Shown piece by piece: positions 19,783 to 28,004 of a stretch of 64,000 bases of DNA. This DNA comes from Oligoflexia bacterium (GTDB lineage Bacteria > Bdellovibrionota > UBA1018). The stretch covers positions 76,693-140,692 of the forward strand of contig JARLHE010000028.1 in assembly GCA_031292385.1 (NCBI GenBank), read 5' to 3'. The notes under the pieces were generated by a model, which was not told where the DNA came from, made no database searches, and was given only the letters and a program-made list of their open reading frames with translations. Numbering within the stretch: position 1 is the first letter of the stretch; the number at the start of each line of letters is the position of its first letter. Position numbers and translations under genes: made by a program.

Positions 19783-20403
19783 ATGGATCGGCGCGATGCA
19801 CGGGACGGCTTCACCCTGATCGAAGTCATCGTCGTCATCGCGCTGATCGCGGTTATCGCCGTGATCGCGCTTCCGAGCGTCAGCAGTTATTTCCAGGTCT
19901 CGATCGAGAGCGCGACGCGGAAAATAGCCTCGACCTTCAAAGACGCCTATAATTCGGCGGCCATCACCGGAAATGTCTACCGGCTCGTTTACGACATGAA
20001 AAGCGAAGAATACTGGGTGGAAAGCGGTCCGCCCACGACCCTTCTCGATACGGCCGAATCCAAAGAAAAGGCCGCGGGCCGGCGCCGCTTCGGGCAAAGC
20101 GCCAGCTCGCAGCCGGCATCGCCCTTTGAGATCGACAAGAGCGTGACGAGCAAGAAAATGGCGCTGCCCCGAGGGGTTAAGTTCGAGGATGTCATCACGC
20201 AGCAAAGCAAGGAACCCCTTGCGCCTCCCGTGACGACGGTCGCCTACACTCACATCTTTCCGAACGGCATGACGGAGCCGACCATCCTTCATCTGAAGGA
20301 CGAATCCGACCACCATGTATCGCTGGTCTTCACCATCGTCGCCGGACATACCGACCTTTACTCGCGTTACATCAAGGAAGACGAGGCTTTCGGCAAAAAA
20401 TGA
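19783..20403 (+). CDS. gspH: Type II secretion minor pseudopilin H
   Basis: MDRRDARDGFTLIEVIVVIALIAV. The ATG is 2 nt after the gspG stop, in frame with track ORF 19597..20403. Confidence 0.75.
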   Translation: MDRRDARDGFTLIEVIVVIALIAVIAVIALPSVSSYFQVSIESATRKIASTFKDAYNSAAITGNVYRLVYDMKSEEYWVESGPPTTLLDTAESKEKAAGRRRFGQSASSQPASPFEIDKSVTSKKMALPRGVKFEDVITQQSKEPLAPPVTTVAYTHIFPNGMTEPTILHLKDESDHHVSLVFTIVAGHTDLYSRYIKEDEAFGKK

Positions 20404-20903
20404 AAGGCTTCACGCTTCTTGAAACCATCATCGCCCTCGCGATCATGACGATGGCCTTCGCGGCGATCCTGGGCACGATCTCCGGCAGCATCAACGCTTC
20501 GGCGCGCACCCATGAGATGACCGTCATCGAAATGCTGGCCAAGCGGCAGATGGTCGAAACCGAGTACAAGTTCGAGGGCAAAACTTTCGACGAGGTCAAA
20601 AAGGAGGACGGCGGAACCTTCCCCGAACCCTATTCCACTTACCGCTGGAAATCAGTCATCAAGGAAATCGAATTTCCCAATCTCGGCAATATGACCAAAA
20701 ACGCGGCCGGCGCGGCGGCGGGCGGCGACAACGCCAATTCACAAATCGCGGACATGATGTCGAAGCTCGTCTATCAGTTTCTATCCAAGGCGATACGGCA
20801 AGTGACCGTCACCATCACCTGGATGAACGGCTCCAAGGAGCAGAGCTTCGAAATCTCGACCTATTGGGTGGACCTGAACCATGAATTCCAGCTCTCTCAA
20901 TAG
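20400..20903 (+). CDS. gspI: Type II secretion minor pseudopilin I
   Basis: MKGFTLLETIIALAIM; ATGA overlap with gspH. Confidence 0.8.
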   Translation: MKGFTLLETIIALAIMTMAFAAILGTISGSINASARTHEMTVIEMLAKRQMVETEYKFEGKTFDEVKKEDGGTFPEPYSTYRWKSVIKEIEFPNLGNMTKNAAGAAAGGDNANSQIADMMSKLVYQFLSKAIRQVTVTITWMNGSKEQSFEISTYWVDLNHEFQLSQ

Positions 20904-21750
20904 AACAATCCCGCGCCCGACCGATGACCGGGGGTTCACCCTCCTGGAAGTCCTGATCGTCATGGCGATCCTCGTATTTATCAGCCTGGGCATCTACCAG
21001 GCCACGAGCCAGACCTTCAAGCTGCGCGACGACCTTCAGACCGAAGGCGAATTTTACAACACGATCCGGACCGTGATGGGAATCGTCGACCGCGATGTCG
21101 CCCAGATGTACTCGCCCCTGATCATGATTCAAAACGGACCGCAGCCGGCCCCGAGCGTCACGCCCCCAGTCGGCAACCTTCCGAATGCCGGCGCCTCTAC
21201 CGCCAGCAGCGGCCAGCCCACGGTCAACAGCGCGATCGGCGCCGAGCTGGAAACCGGCGGCACTTTTTGGAGTCCGGCCATCGATACTTCGGGACTGCGT
21301 CCGAGCCATTTCCTCGGAACGGACAAAAAAATCTCTTTCATCTCGGCGTCCCACGTCCGGATGTACAAGGACAAGCCGGAAAGCGAATTCGTCAAAATCA
21401 CTTATGAGTTCAAGCGGGACGAACAACCCCAACCTGACATCAACGCCGACGACTCCTCGGTACTGGCCAAAACCGAGAATGTCGACGCTTTCGATAATGA
21501 CGACTACAAAGACCGCGAAAACGCCGTCATCTACCCGCTTCTTCACGGCGTGACCAAATTCAAGTTTGACTACTACAACAAGCGCAAGGACAAGTGGGAA
21601 ACGAGCTGGGACAGCGAGAAATCGAACAACACCTATCCGGATATCATTCGGGTGGAAATCGAAGTTCACGGCCGCTCGCGACTCACTTTCCAGGGAACCT
21701 ATTACTTCAGACCGGAGATGCCCCTCAGTGGACTCAACCCCAGCACCTAA
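20881..21750 (+). CDS. gspJ: Type II secretion minor pseudopilin J
   Basis: DRGFTLLEVLIVMAILVFISLGIYQA; it overlaps the gspI end. Confidence 0.8.
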   Translation: MNSSSLNRTIPRPTDDRGFTLLEVLIVMAILVFISLGIYQATSQTFKLRDDLQTEGEFYNTIRTVMGIVDRDVAQMYSPLIMIQNGPQPAPSVTPPVGNLPNAGASTASSGQPTVNSAIGAELETGGTFWSPAIDTSGLRPSHFLGTDKKISFISASHVRMYKDKPESEFVKITYEFKRDEQPQPDINADDSSVLAKTENVDAFDNDDYKDRENAVIYPLLHGVTKFKFDYYNKRKDKWETSWDSEKSNNTYPDIIRVEIEVHGRSRLTFQGTYYFRPEMPLSGLNPST

Positions 21751-23062
21751 ACAGCCTGAGCGGCGGAATCAATCCGGCATCGCACTCTTCATGGTGCTGG
21801 CGTCGATCAGCGTGCTCGCGCTTCTGGTCACGGAACTGACCTTTACCGCCCAGATGAATCGAAAGCTCGCCTATGACGGGCTGGACCGGACGAAAGCCCT
21901 GTATCTCGCCAAAAGCGGATTCAAGCTTTCGCTTCTTCGGCTCAAAGCCTATCAAATCGTCAAAGAGCAGATTAAAAATATGGCGGGCAGCAGCAGCGAC
22001 GGCAAATCGGTCGTGCCGCAATCGATGATGGATCAGATCTGGAGCTTCCCGATCATGTTTCCGATCCCGACCAATATTCCGGGACTCACCACCTCGGATA
22101 AAGATCAGATCGATAAATTTCAAAAAACCTCCGGGCTCGACGGCTCCTTCACCTCGCTCATTGAATCCGTTTCGTCCCGTTATAACCTGAACAGCATTCT
22201 CGCGGGCTACGGGCCGATGCCCACGCCGAGCGCGAGCCCCAGCGCCAATCCTTCGACCACCCCGAGCGCCACGCCCAGCATCGGGCCCTATAACGCCGAC
22301 ACCGCGCGCGAGAGTTTGTCCGACTATTTCACCGCCATCATGAACCAGAAAATCCAGGCGGACCCGGACGTCGCTTCTGATTATCGCGACTTCCGGATGG
22401 AGGACTTCATGGACACCCTGGTGGCTTGGGCCGATCCCTCCTACGAGCAGAAAAACAGCGGCCTGAGAAACATCTATCCGCCTAAGCGGGGCCCGTTCTA
22501 TTCGGTCACGGAGCTGCGCATGCTCCCGATGATGGACGACCAGCTCTATGACTTTTTCTCACCGAACCTGACCGTCGCCAGAACGTCGGGTATCGACGTC
22601 AACACGCTGCAGGAAGGCGGTCTGCGCGCGCTCGTCCCGAATATGACCGATCCGGAGGTCGCCGACTTCTTCAAATACCGGGACGACCCTGATCAGGATA
22701 ATTCCTTTCAAAGCCCGGACGATTTCTTCACCTACCTGAAAAACAGCGTGCAGGCCTACAAGAACGATACCGCGATTTCATCGTTGAAGGCGTCGCTTGC
22801 CAAACGGAACATCCAGCTCATCGTCGAAGAAAAGGAATTCAAAATCACGGTCGTGGCCACCGTCAATCAAAGCAGCCGTAAGATCGAGGCCTGGGTGACG
22901 CTCATGGGCAAATCCGGCAATCAGCCCAGCAACCCGACCGGCGGCACGAGTACCAATCCTCAGGCAACTCCCAGCACGACCCCCGTCAACACGGGCGGGG
23001 ATGAGGATCATCAGTCGGTGCCAGATCCTGGCATTCGGATCACATTCATGAGAGTTTCATAA
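21728..23062 (+). CDS. gspK: Type II secretion minor pseudopilin K (enlarged, with S/T/P-rich inserts)
   Basis: GIALFMVLASISVLALLVTELTF plus a GspK core. The likely GTG start at 21728 overlaps the gspJ end. The track ORF runs from 21566. Confidence 0.75.
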   Translation: MDSTPAPKQPERRNQSGIALFMVLASISVLALLVTELTFTAQMNRKLAYDGLDRTKALYLAKSGFKLSLLRLKAYQIVKEQIKNMAGSSSDGKSVVPQSMMDQIWSFPIMFPIPTNIPGLTTSDKDQIDKFQKTSGLDGSFTSLIESVSSRYNLNSILAGYGPMPTPSASPSANPSTTPSATPSIGPYNADTARESLSDYFTAIMNQKIQADPDVASDYRDFRMEDFMDTLVAWADPSYEQKNSGLRNIYPPKRGPFYSVTELRMLPMMDDQLYDFFSPNLTVARTSGIDVNTLQEGGLRALVPNMTDPEVADFFKYRDDPDQDNSFQSPDDFFTYLKNSVQAYKNDTAISSLKASLAKRNIQLIVEEKEFKITVVATVNQSSRKIEAWVTLMGKSGNQPSNPTGGTSTNPQATPSTTPVNTGGDEDHQSVPDPGIRITFMRVS

Positions 23063-23063
23063 T

Positions 23064-24701
23064 ATGAGAATCCTGGGAATCGACGTCGGAACCGCCAGTA
23101 TCAAAGCCGTGGAATTCGACAGCGCCTTTGGCCGCTACGAGATCCATGACTATTACGAACAGCCGGTCGCGCCGGATGCGGATCTGATCATGGCACTGAG
23201 CCATCTGATGGCGACCCTGCCCAAGCAGCCGGATCGCGTGGCGATCGCGCTCAAAACCGGGCAGGTCACCTTCCGTAACATGAAGCTTCCCACGCGGGAT
23301 AGAAAGTCCATCCAAGCCGGCGTGGGTTTCGAGCTGGATGACGATCTGCCCTTCGCGCTCGAGAACGCGGCCTACGATTATTCGATTCTTTCCCAATCCA
23401 AACAGGGCACCGAGCTCCACGTCGCGGCCACGCTCCGCAGCCATCTCGAGGGAACGATCAACGCCTGGAAAACCGCCGGCATCGACCCCGACCTCATCAC
23501 CACCGAATCCTGGGCCTACCGCACGCTCATGAACCGCGTTTTAAGCCGCGCGCAGCAGGAAAACCCCGTCATTCTGGTGCATATCGGCCACGAGCACACG
23601 ATCATGTACGTTCACTGGAACGGAACGCCGATCATCGCCCGCGAGATCGGCTGGGGCGGGCGCGACATGACGGAAGCCATCGCGAAGAAATACAACCTCG
23701 CGATGGTGGACGCCGAACGAGCCAAAATCGACCATGGGTTCGTCGTTTCACAGGGCCAGCAGAACAACATCACGACGGAACAGGCGGAGTTTTCGGAAAG
23801 CCTCCTTGCGATGCTTCAAACCCTGATCGTCGAGCTGCGACAAGTCGAGCTCACCTGCAAAAGCATCACCCACCTCAACGTGAGCGAAATCTATCTGGCC
23901 GGGGGCTCGGCGCTGCTTCCAGGCCTTCCCAAAGTGTTGGAAGAAAGCATCGGCGCGCCAGTGCGCCCGCTCCAGGCGCTCAGCTCGATCGCGACCTCCG
24001 GAGTCACCTACTCCGAGCAAACCGATGCGTCATTCGTGCTCGCCGCCGCCCTGGGCCTTTGCATGGTCGGCCCCGAGCGCTCGCAGGCGCTGAACTTCCG
24101 AAAAGGCCTGTTCGGCAAGCTCGGCGTGCAACGCGAGTTCAACCTCGAAACGCTCCGCCGTCCGCTGCTGTACGTCGGCGCCATCGCCGGCTGCCTGACC
24201 TTAAGCCTTGCCGTGCAGTCCGCGACCTACCAATCGAAGCTGAAGGACCTGGACTCCCAGCTCGAGCACAACATGAAGACCTTCTTCGGCTCCATTTCCA
24301 ACAGCGCGGTTCACAGCTATCTGTCGAACCCCTCCGGCCTTCGCAAGGCGATGGATCGCCAATTGAACCAACAGCGCGACACCGCCAAGCTCGCCGCCCT
24401 CAACCCTCATTCGCCGCTCGACTATCTGCAAACGCTTTCGGCCACCGTTCCTTCCACCCTTGTGACGGATCTCATGGAATATCATGTAGGATCGGCCCCG
24501 GGCCCTTACAAGCCCGACAGCGATTCCAGCGCCGCGCTCACATTCGTCGTCTCATCGCCACAGGCGGCCGAGCAACTGACCTCGACGCTCACCGGTCGCC
24601 TCGGGCTGAAACGGGATAAAATGGAAGAAATGGGGGCCGGCGCGAATAAACAATGGAAACTGACTTTCACCGGCAAAGCGGTCTTCGAGGCGGGGCACTG
24701 A
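23064..24701 (+). CDS. gspL: Type II secretion protein L (N-terminal actin-like/PilM-like cytoplasmic domain)
   Basis: MRILGIDVGTASIKAVEF is an actin-like ATPase fold. There is a TM near residue 355 and a periplasmic domain; 545 aa. The ATG is 1 nt after the gspK stop. Confidence 0.7.
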   Translation: MRILGIDVGTASIKAVEFDSAFGRYEIHDYYEQPVAPDADLIMALSHLMATLPKQPDRVAIALKTGQVTFRNMKLPTRDRKSIQAGVGFELDDDLPFALENAAYDYSILSQSKQGTELHVAATLRSHLEGTINAWKTAGIDPDLITTESWAYRTLMNRVLSRAQQENPVILVHIGHEHTIMYVHWNGTPIIAREIGWGGRDMTEAIAKKYNLAMVDAERAKIDHGFVVSQGQQNNITTEQAEFSESLLAMLQTLIVELRQVELTCKSITHLNVSEIYLAGGSALLPGLPKVLEESIGAPVRPLQALSSIATSGVTYSEQTDASFVLAAALGLCMVGPERSQALNFRKGLFGKLGVQREFNLETLRRPLLYVGAIAGCLTLSLAVQSATYQSKLKDLDSQLEHNMKTFFGSISNSAVHSYLSNPSGLRKAMDRQLNQQRDTAKLAALNPHSPLDYLQTLSATVPSTLVTDLMEYHVGSAPGPYKPDSDSSAALTFVVSSPQAAEQLTSTLTGRLGLKRDKMEEMGAGANKQWKLTFTGKAVFEAGH

Positions 24702-24702
24702 T

Positions 24703-25299
24703 ATGGAAATGCCAGACATCAACCAATGGCTGGGCGAGCAGGAGTGGTATCAGCAGATCAAAGCCAAATGGGACGAGCAAGACCAGGAAAGCAAGTCCTA
24801 CCTGCAAATCGCCGCCGTCGGCCTCGTCACCGCTTTCGTTTTGTATCTGGTCTTGAGCTTCATTTGGGGCGTGCACACGCTGAAGCGCGAGGTGGACGAT
24901 AAATCCCAGCTTCTGCTCCAGCTTCAATCCGCCAACGAGGACCTGCAAAAGCTTCGCAGCGCGAACTCCTCGCTCTCGGCGATCGCGAATCCGGACAACG
25001 GGCCCTGGCCCCCCTACTTCGAAGGCTATGCCGGGCAAATCGGCATCTCCCACGAGAACCTGAGCGTCTCCGAGTCCAAAGCCGGCACGACCAATGACCT
25101 TTCGAAAGAGGCGCTCTACGATGTCACGGTGAAAAAAGTGAACGTGCATCAGCTCGTCAGATTCGCTTACGCCCTTGAAACGGGCTCGCGCCCGGTCAAA
25201 TTGCGCAATCTCACGATCAACACTCAGCCGGATCTGAGCGGATACCTGGATGCCACTTTGTCGGTTTCCGCGTTCACGCTCCTCAACACCACCAAGTAA
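24703..25299 (+). CDS. gspM: Type II secretion protein M
   Basis: Single-TM bitopic protein of 198 aa, placed after gspL and translationally coupled. Confidence 0.6.
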   Translation: MEMPDINQWLGEQEWYQQIKAKWDEQDQESKSYLQIAAVGLVTAFVLYLVLSFIWGVHTLKREVDDKSQLLLQLQSANEDLQKLRSANSSLSAIANPDNGPWPPYFEGYAGQIGISHENLSVSESKAGTTNDLSKEALYDVTVKKVNVHQLVRFAYALETGSRPVKLRNLTINTQPDLSGYLDATLSVSAFTLLNTTK

Positions 25300-25313
25300 A
25301 ATGGAAGCCCGTC

Positions 25314-26318
25314 ATGCCCAATTCCGAATTTGACTCCCCGCTCATCGCTCCCGTCGGTGCCGATACGCCATCTCCGGCCGAGACCTCTTCGGAAGAAACC
25401 GGAAAAATCTCGAAAATCATCAAGAATTCGGCCTGGGTCGGATTCGGAATCATCTGCCTGATTCTCTTCACACTCCTGAAACTTCCCGAGGACAAGATCC
25501 GCGGCTATATCCAAGGCTCGATCAATCAGGCCTTGGCCAATCAAGGCATCAGCCTTTCCGCCGCGGAAAGCTCGGTTTCGATCGGGCTCGGCATCGGCTA
25601 CACGATGAAACAAGTCGTGATCAACTTCCCTCCCCCTAAAGATCCGGTGAAAGTCGATCAGATCACCGTTTCGCCCTCGATCCTGTCGCTTCTGACCGGA
25701 AAATTAGGCGGCAGCGCGCACTTGCTCAACAAAGGCAGCGAGCTCATCGCGCATTTTTCCTTCCCGATCCAGCCGAAGCCCGGCTCGCAGCCGATCAACT
25801 TGACGGCCGACGCGCATCAGCTGGATCTGGGCGCGCTCGGGGTTTTCCCCATGGCGGCGGGAGTGCAAGGCTCGGCCATCGTCAATGGTAACCTCGCGCT
25901 CGAAGGCGACCTGAGCAATCCCTCCGGCTTAAGCGGGCATTCCCAGCTTCAACTGTCCAAAATCGTGGTCGACGCTCAATCGGTCATGGGTTTTTCGCTC
26001 CCCCGCCTTGCCGTGGCGGACGGAAAAGCGGATGTGACGATCGATAACGGAAAGCTCAATATCCGCACCCTGCAGCTCGGGAAAGCGTCCAATCCGAACG
26101 ACGATGTCCACGCGGATTTCACGGGAAGCGCGACGCTGGGACGACTCTGGCCGCTGACCACGCTGAACATGAAAGTGGATTTCGGACTTTCCCAAAATGT
26201 CCTCAAGGCGCTTCCGCTCATCGACGCGCTTCTGGGCGCCGGCAAGAAACCGGATGGAAGCTATTCCTACAGCTTGAACGGCCCTATCGGATCGTTGATG
26301 CCCGTACCGAACAAATGA
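25314..26318 (+). CDS. gspN: Type II secretion protein N
   Basis: An N-terminal TM and a 334-aa periplasmic protein in the last gsp position. Confidence 0.55.
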   Translation: MPNSEFDSPLIAPVGADTPSPAETSSEETGKISKIIKNSAWVGFGIICLILFTLLKLPEDKIRGYIQGSINQALANQGISLSAAESSVSIGLGIGYTMKQVVINFPPPKDPVKVDQITVSPSILSLLTGKLGGSAHLLNKGSELIAHFSFPIQPKPGSQPINLTADAHQLDLGALGVFPMAAGVQGSAIVNGNLALEGDLSNPSGLSGHSQLQLSKIVVDAQSVMGFSLPRLAVADGKADVTIDNGKLNIRTLQLGKASNPNDDVHADFTGSATLGRLWPLTTLNMKVDFGLSQNVLKALPLIDALLGAGKKPDGSYSYSLNGPIGSLMPVPNK

Positions 26319-27280
26319 AGCGAACGAAATTTCTCTGGATCACCGATCCCTGGCACACGCTCGATCACGAGCACGACACCACCCTGCGCCTGGCGCAAGA
26401 AGCCCTGGCCATGGGACATGAGTCCTGGTGGTGCGACGTCAAATCCATCCGTCTTCAGAGCGGGCGCGCCTTGCTCGAGGCAAGCCAGATTCTGTCGATC
26501 GGAAACGACCGAAGCGCGTCGTCCATTTCGCTGGGAAAGCCCCGGACCTGCTCGCCTTCCCGGTTTCACTCGCTCCAATACCGGGTCGACCCTCCGGTCG
26601 ATCTGGCTTACCTGCAGCCGCTCCAGATTCTGCGCGTCGGCGGCGTGGACACGGTCAATCCGATGGCAAGCCTGTTTCTCGCCAACGAAAAACTGGAAGG
26701 CATGCTGATTCCGCGCCGATCGCCGCCCTCACTCGTCGCCGCCCAATGGGAGCCCCTTTCGCAATTCGGCCGGCGCGAGAAAAAGACCGTCATGAAGCCG
26801 CTCCATCTCGCGCAAAGCCGGGGCATTGAGCTTTTGGATTGGACCTCGTCGCGCAACATCGAGAAAGCGCGCAAACTGATCACGGCCGCGACCGAGAATT
26901 TCCAGCGCCCCGTGCTTTTGCAGCGCTTTCTGCCGGCGATCGCGCACGGAGAAACGCGCCTCTGGCTTCTCGACGGCAAATTGCTCGCGACCGCGCGCAA
27001 GCTCCCGCTCCAGCACGACTTCCGCGTCAACATCGACCGGGGAAGCAAGCTTGTCGCCCATGCGCCAAGCGCAGCCGAGAAACGTACCGCGGCCGCCATC
27101 GGAGCGCGATTGCGAGCGCTGGGCGTGCGCATGGCGGCGGTGGATCTGATCGACGGCTATATCACCGATTTCAATATCACCAGCCCCGGCCTGATCACTC
27201 AGATGGAGCAGGTCACGGGACGCAATCTCGCGCGCGCGATCATCGCCGCGCTGAGCCGCCGATCATCAATATCGGAATAG
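26315..27280 (+). CDS. Glutathione synthetase-like ATP-grasp enzyme (GshB family)
   Basis: ATGA overlap with the gspN stop. Its blocks are collinear with prokaryotic GshB: ITDPW..., VNPMASLFLANEKL, KPLHLAQSRGIEL, LLQRFLPAIAHGETRLWLLDGKLL and DFNITSPGLITQMEQVTG. Confidence 0.7.
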   Translation: MKRTKFLWITDPWHTLDHEHDTTLRLAQEALAMGHESWWCDVKSIRLQSGRALLEASQILSIGNDRSASSISLGKPRTCSPSRFHSLQYRVDPPVDLAYLQPLQILRVGGVDTVNPMASLFLANEKLEGMLIPRRSPPSLVAAQWEPLSQFGRREKKTVMKPLHLAQSRGIELLDWTSSRNIEKARKLITAATENFQRPVLLQRFLPAIAHGETRLWLLDGKLLATARKLPLQHDFRVNIDRGSKLVAHAPSAAEKRTAAAIGARLRALGVRMAAVDLIDGYITDFNITSPGLITQMEQVTGRNLARAIIAALSRRSSISE

Positions 27281-27679
27281 CTCACCGATCGGGCGAGTCG
27301 CCAGCCTTTGGAGCGCTTCGCGAACCGCGGAAGAAACACCCGGCTGCGGCGCGGCTTCCGGCTCGGTGGCGATCTCTTTTTTGAAGGAGGAGAGCTCGCC
27401 TTCTTTGCGCAGCTCGCGGATCCGGCGACGCGCGCCTTCGATCGAATAACGCTCGTCGTGAAGCAGGCGCTTTACCATCAGCAGCGTTTCCACGTCGCTG
27501 CGGCGATAAACGCGTTGTCCTGAACCTGATTTGCCGGGGGCGACGATCGAAAACTCACCTTCCCAGTAACGAAGCACGTGCGGCTTCACTCCGAGAATTT
27601 GGGCGACGTCGCCGATCCGGAAAAACAGACGATCCGGGATCTGGATTTTATTCGTCGGAGTCGTCGTCTTCGTCGTCAT
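27266..27679 (-). CDS. MerR family transcriptional regulator
   Basis: IGDVAQILGVKPHVLRYWEGEF is a MerR helix-turn-helix; 137 aa. Confidence 0.8.
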   Translation of the reverse strand: MTTKTTTPTNKIQIPDRLFFRIGDVAQILGVKPHVLRYWEGEFSIVAPGKSGSGQRVYRRSDVETLLMVKRLLHDERYSIEGARRRIRELRKEGELSSFKKEIATEPEAAPQPGVSSAVREALQRLATRPIGELFRY

Positions 27680-28001
27680 GCTTGTGCATACCCTGAGGAT
27701 CCATGGGCTTGCCTTCGAGCGCCGCGTTCACTTCGGAACGCAGGACTTGCGAAGGCCGGAACGTCAGCACTCTCCGTGCGCTGATCTCGATGCTCTGCCC
27801 GGTCTGCGGATTACGCCCGATGCGAGAACGCTTTTCGCGCACGACGAAATTGCCGAATCCGGAAATCTTGATCTTTTGTCCCTGAGAAAGCGTGGACTTG
27901 ATCGTATCGAAAACCATTTCAACCAGATCAGCCGCTTCTTTCTTCGAAAAACCGACTTTCTGGTACAACGCTTCTACAATATCCGCTTTGGTCATTGCCA
28001 T
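27648..28001 (-). CDS. ihfA: Integration host factor subunit alpha (with acidic C-terminal tail)
   Basis: GFGNFVVREKRSRIGRNPQTGQSIEISARRVLTFRPSQVL matches IhfA; it ends DDEDDDSDE. Confidence 0.85.
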   Translation of the reverse strand: MAMTKADIVEALYQKVGFSKKEAADLVEMVFDTIKSTLSQGQKIKISGFGNFVVREKRSRIGRNPQTGQSIEISARRVLTFRPSQVLRSEVNAALEGKPMDPQGMHKHDDEDDDSDE

Positions 28002-28004
28002 AAA

